Positions 20,281 through 32,000 of a DNA stretch of 64,000 bases are shown one piece after another. Made by a program: the position numbers and the translations under genes. The stretch's first letter is position 1. Each line of letters begins with the position of its first letter. Source of the stretch: Naegleria gruberi. Lineage: Eukaryota. Where the stretch lies: assembly GCA_000004985.1 (NCBI GenBank), contig GG738851.1. One strand, written 5' to 3'. The notes below the pieces were generated by a model. The model worked only from the letters and a program-made list of their open reading frames with translations. It made no database searches and had not been told where the DNA came from.

Positions 20281-20392
20281 TTTGATACTAGTCTATTTTT
20301 ATTGTGATCATTCCTATCATATTGTATTCATACAACAACCATCTATCCATCTAATCTTCTTAACAATCAAACAATCAAACAAAAACATAACA

Positions 20393-22234
20393 ATGAGTGC
20401 AACAACCAATCAATGGGCAAGATTATCAGGTGCTCAAGTGAGTAGTCAATTGAAAATTCCACAAGGTGATTATGCTAGACGTACTAAAATTGTAGCCACC
20501 ATTGGACCTAAAACACAAACAGTTGAAGCCTTGTGTAAATTAATTAAAGCAGGTGTAAATACAATTCGTATGAATTTCTCACATGGTAGTCATGATTTCC
20601 ATAAACAAACAGTTGTTAATACACGTATTGCAGCATCACAATGTGATAATGCCATTGTTGCATTAATGTTAGATACAAAAGGACCTGAAATTAGAACAGG
20701 TTTATTAGAACAGGAATTTAATCCTGATGGTATTGAAATTAAGACTGGTCAAATTATTGATTTCTATTGTTGTCAAAATACTGAAGAATATGCAAATTTA
20801 AAAGGAAAATATTTACCTAAAATTGATAATCAACAAGTTATGAATCATTTAAATAGTTTAAATACTATTGATATTTTAACTGCTAATTTAGTTAATCATC
20901 AACTTCAACTTCAACAACAACAACAAGACAATGATGGTAATAATAGCAATACTTCTAATACTACTTCTAATACTTCCAATACAAATAATGTAACAAATAA
21001 TACAGTTGATATTATAATGAATCAATTAATGGAACAAACCATTCCACCAACACAACATTCAACAACCTCAACAAAGAAATTGATTGATATTTCTTTTGAA
21101 CATTCACCAGTTTCAATTACAATTGATTATAAGAATATGTATAAAGTATTAAAGAGAGGAGATGAAATTCTAGTTGATGATGGTTTAATTGCATGTCGTG
21201 TCATTGAAATTGAAAAGACAATTATTCGATGTGTTGCATTGAATGGTGGATTAATTGGTGAAAAGAAGGGATGTAATTTACCAGGTGTTATTGTTGATTT
21301 ACCAGCATTAACTGAGAAGGATATTGGTGATTTGAAATTTGCAGTTCAACACAATGTTGATTTTATTGCTGCTTCTTTTATTAGAAAAGCACAAGATGTT
21401 TTAGATATTAGAAAATGTTTAGGATCACGTGGTCAGGAAATTAAAATTATTTCCAAAATTGAAAATCAAGAAGGATTAGATAATTTTGATTCAATTCTTC
21501 AAGTGAGTGATGGTATTATGGTTGCCAGAGGAGATATGGGTGTTGAAATTCCATTAGAACAAGTAACATTGGCACAAAAAATGATTATTGCCAAATGTAA
21601 TATTCATGGTAAACCTGTTATTACTGCAACACAAATGTTAGAATCAATGATTAAAAATCCGAGACCAACACGTGCCGAGGTGACAGATGTTGCTAATGCT
21701 GTATTTGATGGTACTGATAGTGTCATGTTATCAGGTGAAACTGCTAAGGGTGATTATCCTGTTGAAGCTGTTCAAACAATGTCACGTATTTGTACAACAA
21801 GTGAATGTTTATTAGATGAGAGAAAAACATTTAATATGATTAGAGATGCTGTTTTGGAATTGAAAGGTAAAATTTCAGTCACTGAAACTATTGCTTCAAG
21901 TGCTGTTAAAACTGCCAATGATGTTCAAGCTGGTTTAATTATTACAATCACTGAAACTGGTAATACTGCTAGATTAGTAAGCAAATATAGACCAAATCCA
22001 CCATGTATTGCTGTTACTCAAAATAAGTCAACTGCACGTCAATTAATGATTTCACGTAATGTTTTCCCTGTCGTTGTTGGTTCTGTCATTGGTACTGAAA
22101 CTGTTATTGCTCGTACCATTGAAAGTGCAAAGGAAAAGAAATATGTTGAAGAGGGTCAATACGTTGTTGTTACAAGTGGTCACATTGAAGGTGTTGCTGG
22201 TCAAACTAATATTTTAAAGGTTTTCACTGCTTAA
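20393..22234 (+). CDS. pyk: Pyruvate kinase
   Basis: IVATIGPKTQTVE..GVNTIRMNFSHGSHDFH..MLDTKGPEIRTG..KIENQEG..GIMVARGDMGVEIP..MLESMIKNPRPTRAEVTDVANAV..MLSGETAKGDYP. Real start is MSATTNQ at ~20393. The ORF-track start at 20282 is 5'UTR read-through. Confidence 0.9.
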   Translation: MSATTNQWARLSGAQVSSQLKIPQGDYARRTKIVATIGPKTQTVEALCKLIKAGVNTIRMNFSHGSHDFHKQTVVNTRIAASQCDNAIVALMLDTKGPEIRTGLLEQEFNPDGIEIKTGQIIDFYCCQNTEEYANLKGKYLPKIDNQQVMNHLNSLNTIDILTANLVNHQLQLQQQQQDNDGNNSNTSNTTSNTSNTNNVTNNTVDIIMNQLMEQTIPPTQHSTTSTKKLIDISFEHSPVSITIDYKNMYKVLKRGDEILVDDGLIACRVIEIEKTIIRCVALNGGLIGEKKGCNLPGVIVDLPALTEKDIGDLKFAVQHNVDFIAASFIRKAQDVLDIRKCLGSRGQEIKIISKIENQEGLDNFDSILQVSDGIMVARGDMGVEIPLEQVTLAQKMIIAKCNIHGKPVITATQMLESMIKNPRPTRAEVTDVANAVFDGTDSVMLSGETAKGDYPVEAVQTMSRICTTSECLLDERKTFNMIRDAVLELKGKISVTETIASSAVKTANDVQAGLIITITETGNTARLVSKYRPNPPCIAVTQNKSTARQLMISRNVFPVVVGSVIGTETVIARTIESAKEKKYVEEGQYVVVTSGHIEGVAGQTNILKVFTA

Positions 22235-22410
22235 TTGTATATTTATATTTAAATAATAATATGATATCATATGTATCATTCTATAGTAGATTTATATAAT
22301 AAATAATATTTGTAACAATTTTAATGTTCTACAAATATTATTGATTCATTTCATATAGGAGTTAATTTTATTAAGAGTTGAAAATCTCAATATGATACAA
22401 TTTAATTTAT

Positions 22411-23565
22411 TTAATAATTTGGATCTAAAGGATGAGTTTGTCTTTTTGAAGGAATATGAAACGTTGTATAATTTCCCTTCTTATCATCATGTAAAATATC
22501 TTGAACATAATTAATTTGTCTAAAATCTCTTCGTTGTATAGGAAAAGTGCTTGATAAGGCATGACCACAATTTCCTCTCGTTTCTAATAAAGGTTCTCTT
22601 GTCCAATTTGATTGTTTTGGTAAAGTAGCTGGTTTACTTCCTTCAATTTCACCAATTTCTCTTCCAATATTTGATTTTTCATAATCATAACGTGGAGAGA
22701 GGGGATTTGTTGATCTTCTTGTTGAAAATTTCCATTCATCATTAATATCCTTAACATTAATCTTGTCAATTTTATGTTTTTCTGGAATTCTCTTTTGATA
22801 ATCAGATCTATAAAAGCCTCGTACAGCAAAATCACCATAATCTTCTGGATGATTTATATCATCACATGTAATTGGATCTCTTGGAATTGAATTTTTCTTT
22901 CTTTCATTTGCTAATTTCTTATTTTCATCATAAATAATATCATCAACTTTTAATATATCTTTAGGTGGTCTCTTTTCAAATAATTCAAATTCAGGTGGTT
23001 TTCTAGTTGGTTGTCTTACACTTGGTAATTTATATATTGGATTTAATGGATTTAATTGTCTATTAAATATTACATTATTCTTTAATGGTTTGGATCCTTC
23101 TATATCATCATTATTTAAATTAAATGTATTCGTTTTATGTACTTGTTGAGGTATTAATTGTTGAGGTTTATCTATTGTTAATAATGAATAATCTTCCTTA
23201 TTAGTATATTGTTTAGATGATGATGAGGAAGAAGATATAGAAGAACGATTTGTATATTGTTGATGTTGTTTGGAATGGGTTAAAGTATTATTATTATTAG
23301 TTGTATCATTGGATCTTAAATTTGTTGTTGATGATGAAAATACTACCTCCGAAGGCTTTTGAGATAAATCTCTTCTAATGGCAAAGTCTGTTCTTGCAAA
23401 GGGTGATGTTGTTACCCTTAAACGTTCCGCTTTTAATGAAGCACTCTCTATTGTTGATAGATACATGCTAGAATGTAAATGAGTGGTGTGCTGTTGTTGT
23501 TGATAGTGAGGATTTGAACCTCCTCCACCACCACCAGCATTATTTCTAAAACTTGATGTTGCCAT
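22411..23565 (-). CDS. Low-complexity (Gly/Gln/Ser/Asn-rich) hypothetical protein
   Basis: 384-aa ORF. No recognisable domain. Confidence 0.5.
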   Translation of the reverse strand: MATSSFRNNAGGGGGGSNPHYQQQQHTTHLHSSMYLSTIESASLKAERLRVTTSPFARTDFAIRRDLSQKPSEVVFSSSTTNLRSNDTTNNNNTLTHSKQHQQYTNRSSISSSSSSSKQYTNKEDYSLLTIDKPQQLIPQQVHKTNTFNLNNDDIEGSKPLKNNVIFNRQLNPLNPIYKLPSVRQPTRKPPEFELFEKRPPKDILKVDDIIYDENKKLANERKKNSIPRDPITCDDINHPEDYGDFAVRGFYRSDYQKRIPEKHKIDKINVKDINDEWKFSTRRSTNPLSPRYDYEKSNIGREIGEIEGSKPATLPKQSNWTREPLLETRGNCGHALSSTFPIQRRDFRQINYVQDILHDDKKGNYTTFHIPSKRQTHPLDPNY

Positions 23566-23934
23566 TTTTTTAAGGCTTTATAAATTGGCGCTATGTTTTT
23601 TTACTACTTGTCGTTAAACGTTCTTTTTTTCAAATGCGTGTACTGTGGTGATGCTGGTGAGGATGGTGAAGAAGGCTATTGAGAGATTCCATCAATACAT
23701 TTCCATCTCAACAACATTATATCAGTTATTGCTGTTGTTGTTATTATTTACTGTAAATTTTAAATTCATCCTTATTCTTTTCAATGTAATAATATAATAA
23801 TATAATATATGTAATATAAATATAAAGTTTATTTAATGACTATGACTACTACTACCAGTACTGTAGTATTTGTATCAATTTAATAATAAAAATAATATTA
23901 TATATAATAATATTTAATAAATTAATAAATTAAA

Positions 23935-25104
23935 TTAATTATTTTTTGGTTTAACTTTAAAAGCATGAATATTTAAAGTAGAACAAACTTGATGAATGAC
24001 ATGATATGCCATATGAATATAACAAGTAATAATAAATAATAAACATGAATGCATTAAAATGATCATAATATTAGAATTATCATTAAAAATAAAACAAGTA
24101 ATTGATAATAATAGAGTAGGTAACATGATAATGAACCATGAAGGTGCTAATGCTCCACAAACTCTAGCAAATATTAATCTAGTTTGAATATAAGAAGCAC
24201 TTAGACCATAAATCATTGAAATTGAAATGAAATATGTTTTAACTAAATATGGAACATTAATAATAAATATAATATATAATAAACATGTAATTAAATATGA
24301 AATTAAACCCATCAATGCACCACTAACACCACCAATAACATACATTGTTCTATGTGATCTTTTACGTGTTGAATGTGATGCAAATTTTAAAACTGTTTTA
24401 ATATTATTAATTATAATTGATGCTCCTAATAATGTTGCAATTGTAATTATTAAATAATTAAATTGAATATTTAATATATTATTATTATTAATAATTGTAT
24501 TAGTTATATTATCAGTATTATTATTATTTGTAAATAATTTAAATAAATAATAATAAATAATATTATTATCATTTCTATAAATAGTAAAAACAACAGTTGA
24601 CCATGAAGATTGACCCATTATAAAAGTATAAAATAAAATAAAAATAGCAAACATGATAGCTTCAGTTGGAGAATTAAATTTACCAAATCTCATTTCATCT
24701 GTAACATAATCTTCCCAAATCATCATCATACTTGTCATGTAATATAAAATAATAACAATTATAGAATAATATGAATTACCTAAATCACATGAACTAACAA
24801 GTATAATACATTGAAAATATCCAATTAAAGCATCTAATCCATGATCAAATAATTCTCCTAATGCACTACTATTTTTAGTATTACGTGCATGTTTACCATC
24901 TATAGCATCCATTGTTTGATAATAAAATAAAAATATTCCATTTAATAAATATACAATTGATGGTACTTGATTTTCTAAATTTATATTATAATATATTAAT
25001 ATTATCCATCCTAATATTACTCCTAAAAAACCTAATAATGTTACCGTATTAGGTGCTACATTATTAGGTATTAATTTAGCACAATATTCCCAATATGGTT
25101 GCAT
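23935..25104 (-). CDS. Choline/ethanolamine phosphotransferase (CDP-alcohol phosphatidyltransferase family)
   Basis: Signature DAIDGKHARNTKNSSALGELFDHGLDA (D-G-x2-A-R...G-x3-D-x3-D). N-terminus ..LLGFLGVILGWI resembles CHPT1/CEPT1. Multiple TM helices. Confidence 0.8.
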   Translation of the reverse strand: MQPYWEYCAKLIPNNVAPNTVTLLGFLGVILGWIILIYYNINLENQVPSIVYLLNGIFLFYYQTMDAIDGKHARNTKNSSALGELFDHGLDALIGYFQCIILVSSCDLGNSYYSIIVIILYYMTSMMMIWEDYVTDEMRFGKFNSPTEAIMFAIFILFYTFIMGQSSWSTVVFTIYRNDNNIIYYYLFKLFTNNNNTDNITNTIINNNNILNIQFNYLIITIATLLGASIIINNIKTVLKFASHSTRKRSHRTMYVIGGVSGALMGLISYLITCLLYIIFIINVPYLVKTYFISISMIYGLSASYIQTRLIFARVCGALAPSWFIIMLPTLLLSITCFIFNDNSNIMIILMHSCLLFIITCYIHMAYHVIHQVCSTLNIHAFKVKPKNN

Positions 25105-25698
25105 GTCTATATTTTAATTTTATATTATTAGATTATTAGATTATATATTAGATTAGATTGATTATAGATTGGATTGATTAGATTAAATGATGATTTAATT
25201 GTTATTATTATTATTATTATTAAAATATTAAAACTTACAATAAGATAAAATAGAAGCATCACCACTTTTATATTTATAATTTTTAAGTGATTCTTTAGCT
25301 TCTTCTGTTAAATAGGGATATTCATAAAATACCATTCTATAAGAAGATTATTGTTAACAGAATAAATGATCAATAGAATTGAGAGAGAGGCAATTATAAT
25401 ACGTCTGGTACAAGTGATTGCTGTATTTTTTTTTGAATTTTGAAAAATTGTTGTTCAGCAAGAATGATTCTTTTATGATTAGTTAATCAATGGGATTGAT
25501 TTCAAGTTCATACTGTTCTTCTCATTGTGATGTTGGTGATAGGAAAAATTGTTGTTGTTTAAAAATAATTTCATGTTCTTTCTGCTGAGCAGAAGGTTAC
25601 CAACACGTAGGCAAAAGAAGGAAAAATTTCCTAGGGAAATATTATGCAACCAGTGATTGTTCAAATAATAATTTTCCTAGAATTCAAACCCCAAAAGA

Positions 25699-25772
25699 TG
25701 CCTCCCTTGGGAATCGAACCCAAGACCTCTGTCTTACTAGGACAGCGCTACTGCCAACTGAGCTAGGAAGGC
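25699..25772 (-). tRNA. tRNA-Thr (anticodon AGU)
   Basis: Reverse complement is GCCTTCCTAGCTCAGTTGGCAGTAGCGCTGTCCTAGTAAGACAGAGGTCTTGGGTTCGATTCCCAAGGGAGGC(A). Acceptor GCCTTCC/GGGAGGC. Anticodon stem CTGTC/GACAG with loop CTAGTAA. T-arm CTTGG-GTTCGATTC-CCAAG. The D-stem has one mismatch. Confidence 0.7.
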
Positions 25773-26392
25773 TTGTGATTTTTTATTCCTTTTATCTGTT
25801 AAATTACCAACCTATTTTTGATCATACTTGAAACCTTTTTACTTTCTAAATGCATTTAGCTTATCACTTCACCTTCAACTTTATCAGCCACATTCATAAA
25901 CATGTTTTTCCAACCTCCAATGTTAGAAAGTCACCCTATAGATTCCCAATGGATTAGATTGACAGATATTTTTCATTGTAAAGCAACGCTGCAGTTTAAA
26001 AATAAATAGAAAAAAATATTTTTAGCCCTCTATCTTTAGAACAAGGCCATCAAGCAGCTTCAACGTTGAAAAACCGTTACTCTCTAGCCTCTCTAGCAAG
26101 AAACCAACGCTATTATTAGCAACATCTTTTCAAATTCTATTATTACCAAATAATTTGATCTCATCACCCGATTCACACAATTGTTTGAATAATACTTCTT
26201 CTTCATCTCTACATTGTTACATTCAGCCTTCCGATATATTATTTATTAATTAATCACTGATATTTACTACTATATCATCAAATATATATTACTCTACCAT
26301 TACTACTATCAAATAACAATAATAACAACAATCAATTAATATCAAATAACAAGTAATAACAAGTAATAAGAACATTCAATTTTAATAACAAA

Positions 26393-27664
26393 ATGGGTAG
26401 AAAGAAAATATCAATTCAACCAATTACTGATGAACGTAATCGTCATGTAACATTTAACAAACGTAAACAAGGCTTAATTAAAAAGGCTATGGAATTATCA
26501 ATTCTATGTCATTGTCAAATATCTCTAGTGATATTTAATTCAGAAAATCAATTATTTGAATATTGTAGTACAGATCCTAGATCTATTCTTCAAAGATATT
26601 GTCAAGTTGCTCATTTACCTCATGAAAGATTAACTAATACTGAATATACTAAATTTGATAAGACTGGAAATATTCCAACAGGAAGTAGTGATTTAGGTGA
26701 AGATGTTAATGTAGCAAGTCAATTATCTGATTCAAATACTTCAACAACTGGTCAATCAAATATTATTGCTGCTACTGCTGCCACTTCTTCTTCTTCAATT
26801 GCTGTTGCTGCCACTCCAGAAAAGGATGAAAAGAAGAAAAAGTCAACCTCAAAGAAGAAGAAACCATCTTCATCAGGTAAGAAGAGAAGTCATGATGATG
26901 TTGATTCATCAGATGATAATACTCAACCAATGGTATCAAGTAGTAATTCTGCTCTTCCTGTATCTGTTAATAATGGTCAACCTAAACCACCACCACTCAC
27001 AATTCCATCTCTTCCAATTTCCTCATCTGCACTTACTGATCCAGGTCAAATGACTCCTTCAACATTAATTAATAATGTATTTGGTGATGATTTTGCCAAT
27101 GATATCACTCCTCTTACACCTGGTATCTCTGCAGAAATTAATAAGGTAGTTCAAAATGCAACCAATCACACAAGTGTATACGATGCTGTAGCATTGAAAC
27201 ATTCTGAAAGTCAAGTTTCTGTCACAACAACAAGTAGTGCAAATCAAGAAGTTGAATCTCCATCAACCAAGAAGAGAAAGACTTCAAAGGCTCCTGCTTC
27301 ACTCACCATTACTGTTCCTCAAAATCAAGGAAAGGTACCACTCAAAAGAATTGATAGTAATTTAGAGTCTGCTGCAAGCTCTTCGACGATAGAACAACAA
27401 AATGAATTTGCTCTTCCACCCAAATTGAAGTCTTCAGAACAACACCAACAAGAAAGTGCTCATCCAACAACCACTGGTGCAACTCCAAGCTCAGTATATG
27501 CTCTCGATACCAAGACTCCTCTCTCATCATTGCTTAATTCAAACTTTTTCGATACGAGTACGACACCAACAAGTTTGGGCGTTTCTTGGGATCTTCCTTC
27601 TCCTTACACGGTTTTAAAGGAAAATCAAGCAAAACTTGAAAAGAGCAACAAGGATAAGATCTAA
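26393..27664 (+). CDS. MADS-box transcription factor, MEF2 type
   Basis: N-terminus [58 protein letters not shown] matches the MEF2 MADS + MEF2 box ([43 protein letters not shown]). Ser/Thr/Pro-rich activation region follows. Confidence 0.85.
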   Translation: MGRKKISIQPITDERNRHVTFNKRKQGLIKKAMELSILCHCQISLVIFNSENQLFEYCSTDPRSILQRYCQVAHLPHERLTNTEYTKFDKTGNIPTGSSDLGEDVNVASQLSDSNTSTTGQSNIIAATAATSSSSIAVAATPEKDEKKKKSTSKKKKPSSSGKKRSHDDVDSSDDNTQPMVSSSNSALPVSVNNGQPKPPPLTIPSLPISSSALTDPGQMTPSTLINNVFGDDFANDITPLTPGISAEINKVVQNATNHTSVYDAVALKHSESQVSVTTTSSANQEVESPSTKKRKTSKAPASLTITVPQNQGKVPLKRIDSNLESAASSSTIEQQNEFALPPKLKSSEQHQQESAHPTTTGATPSSVYALDTKTPLSSLLNSNFFDTSTTPTSLGVSWDLPSPYTVLKENQAKLEKSNKDKI

Positions 27665-27845
27665 TGAGCCCAATCTCTCCATCAAATAATTAAAACTTTT
27701 GTACATATAAACAACAACAATTTGTAATAAATACCTCTCATAATTTAAATTAAATATTTAAATTAAATATTCAAATGCCCGTGGCAATTTTATGGATTTT
27801 GAAACCCTTTTATTCTAATACAAAGTGTAACCAATTATTATTAAT

Positions 27846-28492
27846 TTAGTTATCGAAGGATGGAGCACGGTAAGTAGATGGATCTCTTCTTGGGTGAGTA
27901 TCTTGGATACCTCTAACTTGTTGTTCTGGAACAACCTTTGTGATAGAGTTATAACGAGCTTCATACCATTTTCTGTGTTTAGCAAGACAAGTAGTCCACT
28001 TGTAGAAGTGCTTGTTACATTGAGACCATTGCAACATGGTGGCGTTACTCTTACCGAGAGCTAATCATCACGATCACGAAAATTAATTATTATTTTGTAT
28101 TTTTCATCATACTTACTTTCATCAGCACAGTCATCCAAGAACATGTTCAAGACGTGAGCCTTGCAAGGAGCAGCTGGTGCCATGTGTAAAACAGCCTTGA
28201 ATTGAGATGGATCGTTTCTCAAGATTTCTTGTTCGTCCTTTGTGATTTCGAAATCCTTTGAGTCCAAAGGCTTGCCGAAGATGTCCAAAATTTGTTCATT
28301 TGAAAGGTATCCTTCCTTTGTTCTATTCAAGATATCAGCGTTTGGAACGTTGGTTCTATCACTTGGTAACTTAGCATCCTTAGTCTTGGTCAAAGGGTGA
28401 TAGAATGATTGTTCAGTGAAGTAACCAGCTTCGTTCAATTCCTTTCCTAAGTTGTTGAGGAGGGTTTGTTTAACAGTGGACATTTTTTGCAA
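27846..28492 (-). CDS. Small CHCH-domain (twin Cx9-11C) protein, probably a mitochondrial IMS/respiratory-complex accessory subunit; 2 exons
   Basis: Exon 1 (28492..~28128) ends ..DDCADE at a GTAAGTATG donor. A ~65-nt intron ends at ..GATTAG (~28062). Exon 2 continues TLGKSNATMLQWSQCNKHFYKWTTCLAKHRKWYEARY. The two motifs C-x11-C and C-x9-C form a CHCH fold. Confidence 0.6.
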
Positions 28493-29017
28493 TTTTTTTA
28501 AAATTGTACTTTGCTTAAAATATTTCCATTTTTAAGCCGTGTTTAAAGTCAACCATTTACAAACGGCTGTCTTGAAGGCGGTCTCTGATAGAATAAAATT
28601 ACGCCTCTTTTAGAAGTCAAATAATTATTTAATTCTCCAAATGGTTTCATAGAATTGACTATGATGAGCACTTTAATATTATTTAATAATATTTTGTAAA
28701 AATTATTATTGATGATGATGATGATGATGATAATTGGATAAGCAGAGAGAATCTTGTTTTACCGTGGCATGTTATCATCTGGTGGTACTATTCAAAAAGT
28801 TCATTAAAACAACAATCATTAATTCTCAATCATCATATCAATCTCTTCCCAATAATAACAAAAGTCCATCTTCATCACCATAGATTTTAACATCCTCCTA
28901 ATGCTATCTATTCTACCAACAACATCTTTTCTATGAAAATATGACTTCAAATAAAATACTGAAGAAAAAAGGCTTGTTCAATTAAAATTGAATTTAAAAT
29001 TGACTTGAAAAAAAAAA

Positions 29018-32000
29018 ATGTCTTCTAGTGGAGGAGGTGGTGGAGGCCTTCCTTCCGAACAACAAATCAACAAGGAACATAAAGCTAGAAGAGCAGGTAA
29101 TAAATTTAAAAAGAGAGAAGTTCAAAGAAAGAAGAAATTAGGTGTTTCTGAGGAACAACAAAAAGGTGATTATGTAAATAATCGTGCCAATACAGTTGGT
29201 AAAGGAAATGCTTTTGCAAGAGATTTAAAATATAAATTAGATAAATTTGAATCTAAATTACATGCACCAATAGTATCAAGAATATATGGAGAAGGACCAC
29301 CTAAAATGGTTGCTGTTGTTGGACCACCTAAATCTGGTAAAACAACATTAATTACAAGTCTTGTTAAACAATATACTAAACAAACATTAACAGAAGTGAC
29401 AGGACCAATTACAGTAAGAACAGGAAAATCAAGAACAACATTTTTTGAATGTCCAAATGAAATTAATGCAATGATTGATATGGCTAAAACAGCAGATTTA
29501 GTTTTATTATTAATTGATGCTTCTTATGGATTTGAAATGGAAAATTTTGAATTTTTAAACATGTTACAAGTTCATGGTATGACTAGAGTGATGGGTGTTT
29601 TAACACATTTGGATTTAATTAAAAAAGCAAGAACAGTTAGAAAATTGAAAAAGAAATTAAAGCATCGATTTTGGACAGAAGTATGTGATGGTGCTAAATT
29701 ATTTTACCTTTCAGGTTTAAGAGGAGGATTATATACACCACGTGAAACAATTAATTTAAGTCGTTTCATTTCAATTATTAAACCTAGACCTATAAAATGG
29801 AGAACAACACATCCTTGTGTTGTAGTTGATAGATTTGAAGATGTAACTGATCCACAATTAATTGAAGAAAATTCTAAAATTGAAAGACATGTTTGTTTAT
29901 ATGGTTATGTTAGAAATACTTTCCTTAGAAAGGGAACTCCAATTCATATTCCAGGTTGTGGTGATTTTACTTTAAATAATATTACTACTTTAGAAGATCC
30001 ACTTCCACCAAAACCAAAAGAAAAACAACGTTCAAAATTAGACAAATTCAAAGGTTTATATGGTCCAATGAGTAATTTAGGTTCAGTTTTTTATGATAAG
30101 GATAATGTTTATATTGATATTTCAAATAATGAATCATTGAATGAAAATAATCGTCATGGTGGAATTGATCAAGCTGAAGAATTATTATTAACACGTAAAG
30201 GAAAGGATATTTCATCTGAAAAGAGAGAAGAAAGAAAACATCAAGCTGAAGAAACTTCAAAGATTGTTAAATCTCTCATTGAACAATCTGATATTAATTT
30301 AGATGAGAAAATTTCAAATCAACAAGTTAAATTATTCTCTGGTGCTAAATCTGCTCTCATTGCAAAGAAATCTTCAACCATTGTACCTTCATCCCTTAAT
30401 AATAATAACAATAATATGGAAGATGATGATGATGAAGATGAAATTGATGAAGAGTTTGATGAAGATATGGATGAAGAAGAATTCCTTCGTAAATATATTG
30501 ATAATGAAGCTGAAGAAGATGATGAAGATGATGATGAAATGTCTGATGATGAAGATTCAAAGTTCCATAGAAAGAGAAGAGGTATTGCTAAATTAATGGG
30601 AGATGATGAAGATAATGATGATGAAATTTATGCAGAGGCTCTTAATACATCAACAAAATCTTCTAAAAAGAAGGAGAATATCGTTTATGATGATTCCGAT
30701 GAAGAAGATGATGATTTAGATGAAAATACAAGAAAAATCATTAGAGCTGGTGATGATGATGAAGAATATTTTGAACCTAGAAAATTAAAAGTTAATGAAT
30801 CAACTGGTCAATTTGAAATTGAAGGTAATGAAGAAGAGGAATTATCTGATTTGGAAGAAGAAGATGGAACAGGTTCAGCTGCAAACAAGTGGAAAGAAGG
30901 AATGGAAGAAAGAGCTAGCAGTCAATTTTATGATGCCACTATTAGTTTACAACAATTGGTTTATGGTGAACAAGAAGAAGAAGAAGAAGATGATGGAGAA
31001 GCCAATCAAAATGATGATGATGAAGAAGAACAAGTTCAACAACAAAAGAATGATTTGGATGATATTTTCAACTTTAAGAAACAAATTACAGAAAAGAAGA
31101 AGAAATTAAATGTTGATCGTTTGAAGGTTGATTTTGTTGATAGAACTAGAACTCAAATTGAACCAACAGAAATTAAACATGATTGGGAAGATGCTGAATT
31201 TAGAGAAACAATTCGTAACAAGTTTGTTACAGGTGATTGGTCATCAAGAAGAGATGCTAATAATAAGCCAATTGCTTCTAAGAAATCAAAGAATGTTGAA
31301 AAAGATGAAGAAGAACAAGATGAAATGGAAGATGATGAAATTCAACAAGATGATGAAAATGATGACATTCTTGATGAATTACAAAAGAAGAGAATGGAAA
31401 AGAAGAAATCTTTTGATGCTCAATTTGATGAAAAGAAATCAAGTGATAAGAAAGAAGGTTCTGCAGGAGTAGAGGAAGAAGAAGAAGATCCAATTACAAC
31501 TATTGAAAAACTCAAGAAGAAACTTCGTGAAGATGATCCACAAATGATTTTAAATAAGACTGAATTCCAAAATTTAACAAGAGAACAACGTGAAGAAATT
31601 GAAGGTATTTCACCTGGATCTTATGTTAGACTTGAAATTAATTCATTCCCAACAGAATTTATTGAAAATGTTAATTTTAAAAATCCAATCATTGTTGGTG
31701 GTATGCATCCAGAAGAGTGTCGTATGGGTTTAATCAAGATGAGAATGAAGAGACATCGTTGGTATCCAAGAACACTTAAAAATAAGGATCCACTTGTATT
31801 TAGTATTGGTTGGAGAAGATTTCAATCCATTCCAACTTATTGTATGCAAGATGATAATGGTAGACATCGTCAAATTAAGTATACACCTGAATATATGCAT
31901 TGTATTGCAGCAATTTATGGACCATTTGTACCACAAAATACAGGTGTTATTGCATTCCAAACATTGAGTGAAAAAGTTGATACATTTAGAGTTTCAGCTA

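Noticed and set aside
20282-20392. ORF-track 5' extension of pyruvate kinase (MILVYFYCDHSYHIV...)
   Set aside because: It is hydrophobic, non-conserved, and lies upstream of the canonical MSATT..RTKIVATIGP start. It is most likely 5'UTR that happens to be open.
25699-25772. Calling tRNA-Thr a pseudogene because of the D-stem mismatch
   Set aside because: Acceptor, anticodon and T arms are perfect. A 3-bp D stem with one mismatch is tolerated in genuine tRNAs. I kept it as a tRNA at reduced confidence.
30048-31493. Several 60-115-aa ORFs on both strands inside the BMS1 gene
   Set aside because: They fall in the GAA/GAT-rich acidic region of BMS1. Frame-shifted and antisense readings of (GAA)n give Lys/Met or Leu/Phe-rich artefacts.
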